A DNA stretch of 64,000 nucleotides. Source: an uncultured bacterium. GTDB taxonomy: Bacteria > Krumholzibacteriota > Krumholzibacteriia > LZORAL124-64-63. The notes under the pieces were generated by a model, which worked only from the letters and a program-made list of their open reading frames with translations, ran no database searches and had not been told where the DNA came from. This document shows, one piece after another, positions 55,626 through 64,000 of the stretch. The number at the start of each line of letters is the position of its first letter. Position 1 is the stretch's first letter. The stretch is from assembly GCA_937864225.1 (NCBI GenBank), contig CALMJK010000004.1:11700-75699 (forward strand), read 5' to 3'. A program made the position numbers and the translations under genes.

Positions 55626-56534
55626 ATGCGGAAATTCACGACTCTCCTGCTCGTCTTGGCGCTCGGTCTGATGGCCCTGCCGGCCGCCGCGAGCTTCGAC
55701 AACGTGACGGTCAGCCCGCGCGCCCGCGCCATGGGAGAGGCGGGCGTGGCGGTGGCCGACGACGCCTACGCCGCTTATTTCAATCCGGCCGGCCTGGCCG
55801 CAATGGCCGACCCGCTGGTCGCCGGCAGCTACGTGCGGCCGTTCGGCATGTCGTTCACCGACTTTGCCTATCTCGGCGGTGTCCTGCCCACCGGCGGCCG
55901 CGCCGGCGTCTTCGGCCTCGGCCTGCGCCGCTTCGCCGTGGAGTACGGGGGCGTGGACCTGTCGCGCGAGACGACCTTGACGCTGGCGCACGGGCGCACG
56001 CTCTACGAGGACATGCACACGAGCATGCGCCTGGGTCTGGCCGCGAACCTCTACAACCTGAAGTATGGGCCCACGGTCGGCTCGGACGGCGCCGGCACCG
56101 ACGGCATCGACCCGGGCAGCGACACCGTGCTGGGCCTGGACGCGGGGCTGCTCGTGACGGTGCGCGAGCGCACGCGGCTGGGCGTCGCGATCAAGAACCT
56201 CAACAACCCGCAGATCGGCCTCGACCAGGAGGAAATCGGACAACGCGTGCACGGCGGTCTGGCTTACGCGCCGTACGAGGGCGTCTGGACGACGCTCGAG
56301 TTCGAGAACAGGCTGGGCCAGGACGTCGTGTACCACGGCGGCATGGAGGTCGTCATGGAGCGCGGGCTGGCGCTGCGCCTGGGCGTCGCCACGAATCCCG
56401 ACAAGCTCACCGCCGGCTTCGGCTATCGCTGGCGCGGCATGCAGATCGACTACGGTTTCTCCGGCGGCGGCGGCACCCTCGACGGCAGCCACCAGTTCGG
56501 CGTCGGCTGGGCTTGGGGTGGTGAGGCGAGGTGA
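55626..56534 (+). CDS. outer-membrane beta-barrel protein (FadL/TraF/PorV-like N-terminal motif)
   Basis: Signal peptide, ARAMGEAGVAVADDAYAAYFNPAGLA motif, alternating amphipathic strands. Confidence 0.55.
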   Translation: MRKFTTLLLVLALGLMALPAAASFDNVTVSPRARAMGEAGVAVADDAYAAYFNPAGLAAMADPLVAGSYVRPFGMSFTDFAYLGGVLPTGGRAGVFGLGLRRFAVEYGGVDLSRETTLTLAHGRTLYEDMHTSMRLGLAANLYNLKYGPTVGSDGAGTDGIDPGSDTVLGLDAGLLVTVRERTRLGVAIKNLNNPQIGLDQEEIGQRVHGGLAYAPYEGVWTTLEFENRLGQDVVYHGGMEVVMERGLALRLGVATNPDKLTAGFGYRWRGMQIDYGFSGGGGTLDGSHQFGVGWAWGGEAR

Positions 56535-59056
56535 CCGCTCCCGGCGCATCCGCGCTCCCGCGGACCCGCGCGGCGCTGACCGCGGCGGCGTTGGCCGCGC
56601 TGTTGCTGGCGTCGGCGGTCCCGCCGCCGGCAGGAGGGCAGACGGCGGCCGAAAAGCTGGATCTCAACAGCGCGACGCTGGCAGAAATCGAGGCGCTGCC
56701 CGTCGCGTCGGATCTGGCGCGCCGCATCGTCGAACATCGCACCTACGTGCGCTTCTTCGACGACATTTTCGATCTCATGGAGGTCGATGGCTTCACCGCC
56801 GCCGATCTCGAGCGGTTGAAGCCGTTGGTCGCGACGCTGCCACCGGCCGAGACCGACGCCGACATGATGCGTCTGGAGGCCAGCTACCGCCAGGTGCGCG
56901 AGTTTCTGGGCCAGGAGGGCGCCAACGAGGGGCTGGTGGACGAGTACCTCGACCAGTTGCGCGATCCGGTGAACGTGAACCGGCTCGACCTGTTCGACTT
57001 GATGTCGTACCAGAACGTCTCGCCCGTCGACGCGACGAACATCATCAAGGCGCGCCGGCGCCTCGGCGCCTTCGCGGACGCGCGGCAATTGAGACAGAGC
57101 GAGGGACTGCGCTACTACGCCTACCGCAACCTGCGCGACTTCGTCACCTACGCCGAGGAGACCCAGGACAGGTCGGGACCGGAGCGCGTGCGCGGCAACT
57201 ATCAGCTACGCTATTACGACACGCCGTACATGGCGTCCGACGAGGAGTTCTCGGGCGGCCAGATCCTGACCGAAGCCGGCGATCCCTTCATGACCCACAA
57301 GTTGCGTTTCGACCTCAGCCACGGTTTCAAGGCCGGTCTGCTCACGCACCGCAACATGCAGGAGGCGAGCTGGCACGAGACGCTGAAGGGCTACTACGGG
57401 CTCAACGACAAGCAGTTCGGCTCGTTCCACCTGAAGCGGCTCTACTTCGGCAATTACCGGATCGCCTTCGGGCAGGGCCTGATCATGGACAACACGGACT
57501 TCATGCTCTACCGCAAGACGGGCTACGGCTGGAACGTGCGCCCCATCGGCGTCCGCGGCGACCTGAGCCGCACGCGCGAGTTCGCCCTGACCGGCGCGGC
57601 CATGGAGGGGAGCGTCGGGCGCGTGCACGGCACCTTCTTCGCCTCCACCGGGCGCAAGGACGGCATCCTCAATTCCGACGACAGCGTGGCCGACGGCGTC
57701 GACGACCGCACCGTCAACCAGTACATCTTGATGTACCCGCGCCTTTCGGAGGATTTCCTGGACGACTACATCGCTGCCACGGGCACGGGCTTGCGCCGCG
57801 AGGCCTTCCAGGAGGACATCCTGGGCGGCAACGTGAAGGTCCTGCTCGGCGACGGGACCTACCTCGGCGTGACCGGCTACGAGGCGCGGTACGACCGGGC
57901 CTTCCGGGCCGACGCGGCCGCCCTGGTCACCGAGACCGAGCGCCTGGAGGCGCGGGACAGCGAAATCTGGCAGGGCTACACCAGCGTCGTCGACAATCCT
58001 GACGGGTCGACCACGCGGCACAAGTTCCGCCGCGTCTACGGAGCTGAGTTCCAGACCGTCGTGGACAACGTGGCGCTGCAAGGGGAGTACGGCGTGCTGC
58101 AGGACCCCGGCGCGGACCTCTTCCACGGCAAGAGCCCCGACGCGTACGTGGTCAACGCCTACGCCCAGTGGGATGACCTGCATCTGCTCGGCATCTGGCG
58201 CGACTACGACGTCGGCTTCGACAACCCGTACAACCGGGCCTTCTGCAACGACACGCGCTACGAGCAGACGCTGCTCGATTCCGACTATCGTCTCGAGGAC
58301 CCGTATTATTACTGGCTTTCCGCCAACACCGCCCAACCCAAGCCGGAGCGGGGTCTTTTCCTGCAGTCCCGTTACCGCATCAGCCGCGCGCTGACCATCA
58401 CCGGCCTGGAGTACGACCAGTGGGAGCGTAAGTCCGACGGCATGGACATGCGCCGCTACACGCTGCGCGCCGAGTACCAGCCGATCTTCAACCTCCGCTT
58501 TCGCGTGCGGCACCGCTACAGCAGCCGCGGCGAACAGATCCCGAGCGATGTCCGCGAGTACCGGAACTGGGAGACCCGCTGGGAGCTGCTGGCGCTGCTT
58601 TCCAACTACAATTCGCTGCGCTTCATGTACATGACCAGCAACGTCATGTTCCCGCCGCGACCCCGCCTCAGCTACCCTCCCGACGCGGGCACGGGCGACA
58701 GCGCCGTGGGTACGGCGGCGATCCCGGCGCACGCCTTCCAGGCGCTCTACGAGCACAACCTGACCTCCGGCATCCGGCTGCGCATGAGCACGCAGATCTA
58801 CGACGGCTTCCTCTGGAACTTCGAGGGGGACGAGTTCGTCACGCTCGACGGGCGAGGTTTCCGCAACTGGTTCCAGGTGGAGAGCCGGGTGTCCGAACAG
58901 CTGCTGTGGCACCTGAAAGTCACGCGCGACCACAACCTGCCCCGCACGTACGTGGACGTCCGCTACTTCGGCGACCCGTCCGGCAGCGACCCGGACGCAA
59001 CGTACGTGCCGCGGGACCAGTTGTCGTTCCGCTGGCAGCTCGACTACACCTTCTAG
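56531..59056 (+). CDS. large outer-membrane protein: two ComEA-like helix-hairpin-helix motifs fused to a predicted beta-barrel
   Basis: Signal peptide; LDLNSATLAEIEALPVASDLARRIVEHR and VNVNRLDLFDLMSYQNVSPVDATNIIKARR HhH motifs; ~650-aa Tyr/Asp/Arg-rich barrel-like region ending ...RWQLDYTF; GTGA overlap with upstream OMP gene. Confidence 0.65.
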   Translation: MTAPGASALPRTRAALTAAALAALLLASAVPPPAGGQTAAEKLDLNSATLAEIEALPVASDLARRIVEHRTYVRFFDDIFDLMEVDGFTAADLERLKPLVATLPPAETDADMMRLEASYRQVREFLGQEGANEGLVDEYLDQLRDPVNVNRLDLFDLMSYQNVSPVDATNIIKARRRLGAFADARQLRQSEGLRYYAYRNLRDFVTYAEETQDRSGPERVRGNYQLRYYDTPYMASDEEFSGGQILTEAGDPFMTHKLRFDLSHGFKAGLLTHRNMQEASWHETLKGYYGLNDKQFGSFHLKRLYFGNYRIAFGQGLIMDNTDFMLYRKTGYGWNVRPIGVRGDLSRTREFALTGAAMEGSVGRVHGTFFASTGRKDGILNSDDSVADGVDDRTVNQYILMYPRLSEDFLDDYIAATGTGLRREAFQEDILGGNVKVLLGDGTYLGVTGYEARYDRAFRADAAALVTETERLEARDSEIWQGYTSVVDNPDGSTTRHKFRRVYGAEFQTVVDNVALQGEYGVLQDPGADLFHGKSPDAYVVNAYAQWDDLHLLGIWRDYDVGFDNPYNRAFCNDTRYEQTLLDSDYRLEDPYYYWLSANTAQPKPERGLFLQSRYRISRALTITGLEYDQWERKSDGMDMRRYTLRAEYQPIFNLRFRVRHRYSSRGEQIPSDVREYRNWETRWELLALLSNYNSLRFMYMTSNVMFPPRPRLSYPPDAGTGDSAVGTAAIPAHAFQALYEHNLTSGIRLRMSTQIYDGFLWNFEGDEFVTLDGRGFRNWFQVESRVSEQLLWHLKVTRDHNLPRTYVDVRYFGDPSGSDPDATYVPRDQLSFRWQLDYTF

Positions 59057-59073
59057 ACGAGGAGCCCTAAGCG

Positions 59074-60375
59074 ATGACCTGCAAAGCGATGTTGGCGACG
59101 GCCCGCGCGGCGGCTCTGGGAAGCGTGTTTCTGCTCGCGGGCGGCGGCGCCGCCTCGGAGGACCCGGCGCTGCACGTCCGCTACGGCGACCCGGCCGTTT
59201 CCCTCTCGGCCGAAATCGACGCCATGGCCGGCACGGGCGCGGCGCTCTACCGCGGCGGTTTCTCGAACGTGCTCAACCCCGCCTGCCTGGCCCTCGGCGA
59301 AGACTGGCGCGCCGACGCGGCCCTCGCCCTCGTGCAGGTTCACGAGGACCGGTTCGTGCCGCTGTTCGACACCTTCGGCAGCTACGTGACCGACACGGCG
59401 ATCGCGAGCAACCGGCATCACCATTTCGGGGCCGGCTTCGCGCTCGCCAAGCGCCTGCCCGTGGCCTGGCGCCCCGTGACGGTCGCGCTCTCGCTGACCG
59501 ACCGTTACAGCTTCGTGTACGATTTCAGCGAGACGGTTCGCGACCCCGATTCCTTCGCGACCTATCGCGACGCGGTCCTGCAGGACCGCGCCGTGGAAAT
59601 CGACGGGGCCCTGCGCGCCCTCTCCGGCGGCGCCGGCATCCAGCTGTCCGATCGTCTGGCGCTGGGACTGGCCGCGCACTATGCGTTCGGCACGCGCGCC
59701 CAGGTGACCCGCGTGCGCGACTACGACGTGCCGGCCAACAGCATCTTCGAAGACGCTTCGTTCGAAATGGGTGGACTCAACTTCACCCTCGGCGCCCACG
59801 TGCGGGCGAGCGAGCGGCTGGAATTGGGTCTGACCTACGAGACGCCCCTGGCCGCCACCGGCGACACGCGCGTCGAGACCGTGTACGGCGCCTACCCGGA
59901 CTCCGTGCGCGTCGTCGACGGCACGGCCGGCGTCGACTACCCGCGCGCCTGGCGCGCCGGACTGGTCTACCGCCCCCGGGCCACACCCCGCACGGTGTTC
60001 GCCGTGGATGCGGCTTTCACCGAGTGGAGCGATCTTGAGGACAGCCGGTTGTCGGGCGACAACCCGCTGGGTCTGGACGAGGCCTGGGACGTGCGGGCGG
60101 GGCTGGAGCACCGCTTCTACAACGACACGACGGCCCGATTCGGCTTTCGGCGTTTAGACAGCTACGACGACCGCGAGACCGGCGCGTCCTTCTTCACCGC
60201 CGGCGTGGGCTTCCCCGCCGCCGGCGGAAGCGTGGACGTTTCGGCCACGCTGAGCAAGATCACCAGCGTGCGCGACCACTGGTTCACGTATCCCGTGGAC
60301 TTCGTGGTCGATTCGCAGGCGCGGGTGGAGGACACGCGGTTCGGGCTCGGCGTCGGCTACTCGCGGGTGTTCTGA
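59074..60375 (+). CDS. outer-membrane beta-barrel protein (OMPP1/FadL-like), hypothetical
   Basis: Signal peptide, C-terminal ...GVGYSRVF aromatic terminus. Confidence 0.5.
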   Translation: MTCKAMLATARAAALGSVFLLAGGGAASEDPALHVRYGDPAVSLSAEIDAMAGTGAALYRGGFSNVLNPACLALGEDWRADAALALVQVHEDRFVPLFDTFGSYVTDTAIASNRHHHFGAGFALAKRLPVAWRPVTVALSLTDRYSFVYDFSETVRDPDSFATYRDAVLQDRAVEIDGALRALSGGAGIQLSDRLALGLAAHYAFGTRAQVTRVRDYDVPANSIFEDASFEMGGLNFTLGAHVRASERLELGLTYETPLAATGDTRVETVYGAYPDSVRVVDGTAGVDYPRAWRAGLVYRPRATPRTVFAVDAAFTEWSDLEDSRLSGDNPLGLDEAWDVRAGLEHRFYNDTTARFGFRRLDSYDDRETGASFFTAGVGFPAAGGSVDVSATLSKITSVRDHWFTYPVDFVVDSQARVEDTRFGLGVGYSRVF

Positions 60376-60410
60376 GGCGGTTCTCTCCCGTCGTCAGGAA
60401 CGGAACGGAC

Positions 60411-61745
60411 GTGACCAACATCCTGTCTCTTCTGCGCCCCGCGCGGCCCGCCGCCGCTTTGGCCGCGGCGGTCCTGTCGGCGCTGCTGGCCGGGGGTTGC
60501 GGCGAGTCCACGACCACGCCGCCGCCGCCGCCCTTGACATCCGAGCTGATGGGCGTCAGCGGGCGCGCCGTGACCTGGACCACGAACCTGCCCACCCGCG
60601 GCGCGGTGCGCTACGGCTTCGTCGCGGGGCGGCAGGACCATCTGGCCTATCCCGCCGTGGCCGGCGGCGGCGACAAGAGCTACGGCACGACGCACGTCGT
60701 GCCGCTGCTGGGCGTCCCGCCGCAGGGCGCGACCGTCTACGTCCGGCGCGCCGACCGCGCGCAGGACGGCCGCTTCTTCGTCGCGGACGAGGAGACCCTG
60801 GTCCTCGACCCGTTTCCGGCGACGGGGCCGCTGCTGACCTTCACGACGCTCGACGTGCAGTTCGGCGACGCCCACGTGCTGCGACTGCCCACGGAGGGAC
60901 GCGTCGTGGTCATCGATGCCGGCAGTCCCTACGAGTCGTTGAACGAGGAGACCGCTCCCCGGCATGTCATGCGCTGGCTCGACGACCGCGCCATCGATCG
61001 GCTCGACGTCGCGATCGGCACGCACGTGCACGCGGATCACATCGGCGGTTTCGTGGAAGCCGACGGCGACGGCGCCGCGGGCCTGTTCGACCGCTTCGTG
61101 ATCGGCGCCTATCTCGACGTGCCAGCCGTCACCGAGACCCGGACTCTCTATTCCCGGCTGCAGGTCATGCTCGCCGAGCGCGGGATCCCGCGCCTGGTGA
61201 TCGCGTCCGGCATGACGTCGGACAGCGACCCGGCCGAGCTCGCGTGGGACAATCTCGTCGACGTCGTCGTACTCAACGCCGGCGCGCAACCCGCCTGGGA
61301 CGGCGGCGACGAGAACAACGACTCCGTCGTGCTCAAGGTCAGCTACGGCGAGGTGGACCTGATCACGGGCGGCGACTGCCTGGTCGCCGGCGAGGAGAGG
61401 ATCCTGTCGCTGTACGGGGGCGAGTTGGCCGGCGTCGAGTACTTCAAGAGCAGCCATCACGGGCGCGACAACGCGAACTCGGCGCCCTACCTGCTGGCCA
61501 TCGCGCCGCGCGTCGCGGTCATCCCGGTGGCGTTCGCCGCGTATTACGAAGGCGCCGACCAGGGGGCGCAGGACACGGCGCAGACTCTCGAACGCCTCGG
61601 CGCGCTCGGCGCCGACGTGTTTCGGTTCGACGCCGCCGACCCCCTGGGCCATGTCCAGGACGACCGGACCTTCTGGCACACGAACTTCGTCACCGACGGC
61701 ATCAGCTACGAGATTCGGATCGAGCCGTCGATCTGGGGGATCTGA
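60411..61745 (+). CDS. lipoprotein with ComEC/Rec2-type metallo-beta-lactamase fold domain
   Basis: GTG start, signal + LLAGGC lipobox-like; MBL motifs VVVIDAG, GTHVHADHIGG, SSHHGRD. Confidence 0.7.
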   Translation: MTNILSLLRPARPAAALAAAVLSALLAGGCGESTTTPPPPPLTSELMGVSGRAVTWTTNLPTRGAVRYGFVAGRQDHLAYPAVAGGGDKSYGTTHVVPLLGVPPQGATVYVRRADRAQDGRFFVADEETLVLDPFPATGPLLTFTTLDVQFGDAHVLRLPTEGRVVVIDAGSPYESLNEETAPRHVMRWLDDRAIDRLDVAIGTHVHADHIGGFVEADGDGAAGLFDRFVIGAYLDVPAVTETRTLYSRLQVMLAERGIPRLVIASGMTSDSDPAELAWDNLVDVVVLNAGAQPAWDGGDENNDSVVLKVSYGEVDLITGGDCLVAGEERILSLYGGELAGVEYFKSSHHGRDNANSAPYLLAIAPRVAVIPVAFAAYYEGADQGAQDTAQTLERLGALGADVFRFDAADPLGHVQDDRTFWHTNFVTDGISYEIRIEPSIWGI

Positions 61746-61796
61746 CGCCCCGCCGCGGGGTCGTTCCCGCGGCCGCCGCCGCAAAGGAGCCGCGCG

Positions 61797-63488
61797 ATGC
61801 CCAAGCGCCCATCGTCGATCACGCTCGCCATCCTCTCGTTGGGTCTCCTGCTGGGGTCGGTCGCGGGCGCGCCCGGGCCTGCCGCGGCGGCCCATCCCGG
61901 CGGACAGGTCCTGCGCCTGCACCTGATCTGGACCAATGACCTGCACGGCCACATCGCCCCGGAGGGGGCGCGGTTCATGAACCCGAACTTTCCGCCGCCG
62001 CTGGGCGGGGCGGCCTCCGCCGCGGCCTACATCGGCCGCGTCCGCGAGCAGGCGGTTCGCGACGGCGAGCCGGTGCTGCTCGTGGACGTGGGGGACATGT
62101 TCCAGGGCACGCCGGTCGGGACGAAAACGCGGGGCGAGGCCGTGATCGATTATTTCAACCACGTGGGCTACGAACTGGCCGTGCCCGGCAACCACGACTT
62201 CGATCTGGGCCGCGAGAACACGGCGAGGCTGGCGCGCCAGTCGAAGTTTCCGTGGCTCTGCGCGAACATCGTGGAGGAAGCCACGGGCGAAGTCGTCGAT
62301 TGGTGCCGCCCGACCCTGCTGATCGACAAGGGAGGCGTGAAGATCGGCGCGATCGGCGTCATCACGCCCGGCACCGCCGCCATGTCGTTCCCCGCCAACA
62401 TCGCGGGGTTGAAGTTCCTGCCGCTGCCCGAGACCGTCGCCAAATACCGCGACGCGCTGCGCGCGCAGGGGGCGGACCTGATCGTCCTGGCCATTCACGA
62501 GGGCCTGCCGCGCGACGCCCGCGGGACGTGGCGCCGCCGGGCCGAGGAGGCCACGGAGGACGCCCTCCGGCAGCAGCAGTCTTACGGCCGCTACGGAGAC
62601 ATGGACCTCATGCAGCTCGTGGCGCAGGTGCCGGGGATCGACGTGGCCGTGGGCGGCCACACGCACCAGGGCTACGAGGAGCCGTGGATCGATCCGGTCA
62701 ACCACACGCTCTGCTTCGAGACCTACGGCAACGGCTCCAGCCTCGGGCACGCGATCCTCAAGATCGACCGGGCCGCGCGCGCGGTGGTGGGCTGGGCGGC
62801 GCCGCACGATCGGGGCGCGATCGTCACGCTGTTCGAGGACGAGATCTGGCCCGATCGGCAGACGAGCGAAGTCTTGCGACCCTGGCTGGAGCGGACCGAC
62901 GCCGAGATGGACCGCGTCGTCGGGCGCCTCGCCGTGAACCTCACTCGCGGCGGCGCGGGCACCAACCTCGTGGGCAATCTGGTCACGGACGCGATGCGCG
63001 AGCACATGGGGGCCGATTTCGCGCTGCAGAACCTGGGCGGCTTGCGCGCCGATCTGCGCGCCGGCGACGTCACGGCCAGGGATGTATTCAGCGTCATGCC
63101 GTTTGGCAACGAGCTGGTGATGGCCACGGTGCCCGGCGAGCTGCTGATCCGCGTCGTGGACCGCAAGGCGGCGGGCGGCAGCGGCGGCATCTGCATCTCG
63201 GGCGGAGCCGTCGTGGTCGATCCCGACGCGGGCGACGGCCGGCGGGTCTGCCGGTTCCTGATCGACGGTCAGCCGATCGAGCCCGCGCGGCGCTATCGGG
63301 TCGTGCTCACGAATTACCTCATGGAGGGCAACAGCGGCCTCAACATGCTGCTCGAGGTGCCGGAGTCGGATGTCGTGCCGCTGCGCATCACCGACGCCGA
63401 GGCGCTCGAGGCGTGGCTGCAGGCGCGAGGTTCCGCGCACCCGCGGCTGGATGACCGGTGGAGCGAGCAGCGGGGCTGCGCCCGGTAG
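61797..63488 (+). CDS. secreted bifunctional metallophosphatase/5'-nucleotidase (UshA-like)
   Basis: Signal peptide; calcineurin-like motifs DLHGH, GDMFQG, GNHDFD; 5'-nucleotidase C-terminal domain. Confidence 0.85.
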   Translation: MPKRPSSITLAILSLGLLLGSVAGAPGPAAAAHPGGQVLRLHLIWTNDLHGHIAPEGARFMNPNFPPPLGGAASAAAYIGRVREQAVRDGEPVLLVDVGDMFQGTPVGTKTRGEAVIDYFNHVGYELAVPGNHDFDLGRENTARLARQSKFPWLCANIVEEATGEVVDWCRPTLLIDKGGVKIGAIGVITPGTAAMSFPANIAGLKFLPLPETVAKYRDALRAQGADLIVLAIHEGLPRDARGTWRRRAEEATEDALRQQQSYGRYGDMDLMQLVAQVPGIDVAVGGHTHQGYEEPWIDPVNHTLCFETYGNGSSLGHAILKIDRAARAVVGWAAPHDRGAIVTLFEDEIWPDRQTSEVLRPWLERTDAEMDRVVGRLAVNLTRGGAGTNLVGNLVTDAMREHMGADFALQNLGGLRADLRAGDVTARDVFSVMPFGNELVMATVPGELLIRVVDRKAAGGSGGICISGGAVVVDPDAGDGRRVCRFLIDGQPIEPARRYRVVLTNYLMEGNSGLNMLLEVPESDVVPLRITDAEALEAWLQARGSAHPRLDDRWSEQRGCAR

Positions 63489-63691
63489 GCAGGCTCGCCG
63501 GCCCTCGCGAAGGCCCGCCGCGCACCCCGACCCGGCCGCAAGGCAGGCGCAACTCGTTATCCCGCATTATGCTCAAGCCGGCCTCCCGCCGGCCGATCAC
63601 ACCTCTGGCAGCGGTCGATCCCGGCGGGGGCGGCGGCAAATGCCGTCGCCCCGGCAGCCGGGTCCACCCCGGGCGCGGAGGTCGGTCGGCC

Positions 63692-64000
63692 TTGATCCAG
63701 CTCAGGTCCGAGAAAACCAACGAACAGCTCCAGCGCTTCATGGCCCGGATGAACAAGATGATCGTCGGGCAGCCCCGGGCCATCGAGCGAATAACAGATA
63801 GTTTCAGTCGTCTTATCGCCGGAGTGCAGGATCCCGAGCGCCCCCTGCTGACGATGCTCTTCCTGGGCCCGACGGGCGTGGGCAAGACCGAGACGGTGCG
63901 CTGCCTGGCCGAGGCCATCTTCGGCAATCGGCGCGCCTTCACGCGCATCAGCTGCCAGGAATATTCCGCGCACTACAACATCTCGAAACTGCTGGGCTCG
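63692..64000 (+). CDS. AAA+ ATPase with Clp/Hsp100 D2-type domain (3' end outside window)
   Basis: TTG start 9 nt after GGAGGT SD (alternative ATG 63569); VGQPRAIERI...DPERPLLTMLFLGPTGVGKTE...ISCQEYSAHYNISKLLGS matches ClpB/ClpC D2 sensor and Walker A region; no D1 domain upstream. Confidence 0.6.
   Translation, partial: MIQLRSEKTNEQLQRFMARMNKMIVGQPRAIERITDSFSRLIAGVQDPERPLLTMLFLGPTGVGKTETVRCLAEAIFGNRRAFTRISCQEYSAHYNISKLLGS

Noticed and set aside
60357-63440. 1027-aa minus-strand ORF covering the MBL lipoprotein and 5'-nucleotidase genes
   Set aside because: R/A/G/D-rich and without motifs; the plus strand has clear MBL (HVHADHIGG) and calcineurin/5'-nucleotidase motifs.

Overview
This is a high-GC (~68-70%) bacterial chromosomal segment. 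The first ~21 kb is a conserved, co-linear ribosomal superoperon on the + strand. It runs from the 3' end of rpoC through the str operon (rpsL-rpsG-fusA-tuf), then rpsJ-rplC-rplD-rplW-rplB-rpsS-rplV-rpsC-rplP-rpmC-rpsQ, then rplN-rplX-rplE-rpsZ-rpsH-rplF-rplR-rpsE-rpmD-rplO-secY-adk-map-infA-rpmJ, and finally rpsM-rpsK-rpsD-rpoA-rplQ, closed by a hairpin terminator. rpmJ is absent from the supplied ORF track because it is under 60 aa; I located it by hand.

Downstream the window is accessory-like. In order it carries:
- fabH.
- A GldA/GldF-GldG-type ABC system with a DUF4340-like partner.
- An M23 peptidase.
- An FG-GAP beta-propeller surface protein with a T9SS/FlgD-Ig-like C-terminal domain.
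- An HD-GYP phosphodiesterase, an adenosine-deaminase-family protein, metG, a gluzincin peptidase and an SDR.
- An AT-rich regulatory island with a sigma54-like promoter, a small hydrophobic ORF and an FmdB zinc-ribbon protein.
- A long minus-strand gene array that couples a fused Memo-AMMECR1 protein, cstA, and what looks like a complete bacterial ceramide/sphingolipid pathway (SPT, a GNAT-type bacterial ceramide synthase, a CerR-like NAD-epimerase-family reductase and a PAP2 head-group transferase candidate).
- Three tandem STAS anti-sigma-antagonist paralogs, a NUDIX hydrolase, a YccF-like protein, Mrp/ApbC and an O-antigen-ligase-like protein.
- A non-canonical sulfatase-fold enzyme with a co-transcribed hypothetical.
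- A cell-envelope cluster: a lamin-tail-domain secreted protein, three outer-membrane beta-barrels (one fused to ComEA-like HhH DNA-binding motifs), a ComEC-type metallo-beta-lactamase lipoprotein and a 5'-nucleotidase. I propose this last cluster as a previously undescribed extracellular DNA capture/degradation system.
- A Clp/Hsp100 D2-type ATPase that begins just before the window ends.

No rRNA, tRNA, CRISPR array or recognisable mobile element is present. Many long R/G/A/P-rich antisense ORFs in the six-frame track are high-GC artifacts and were rejected.
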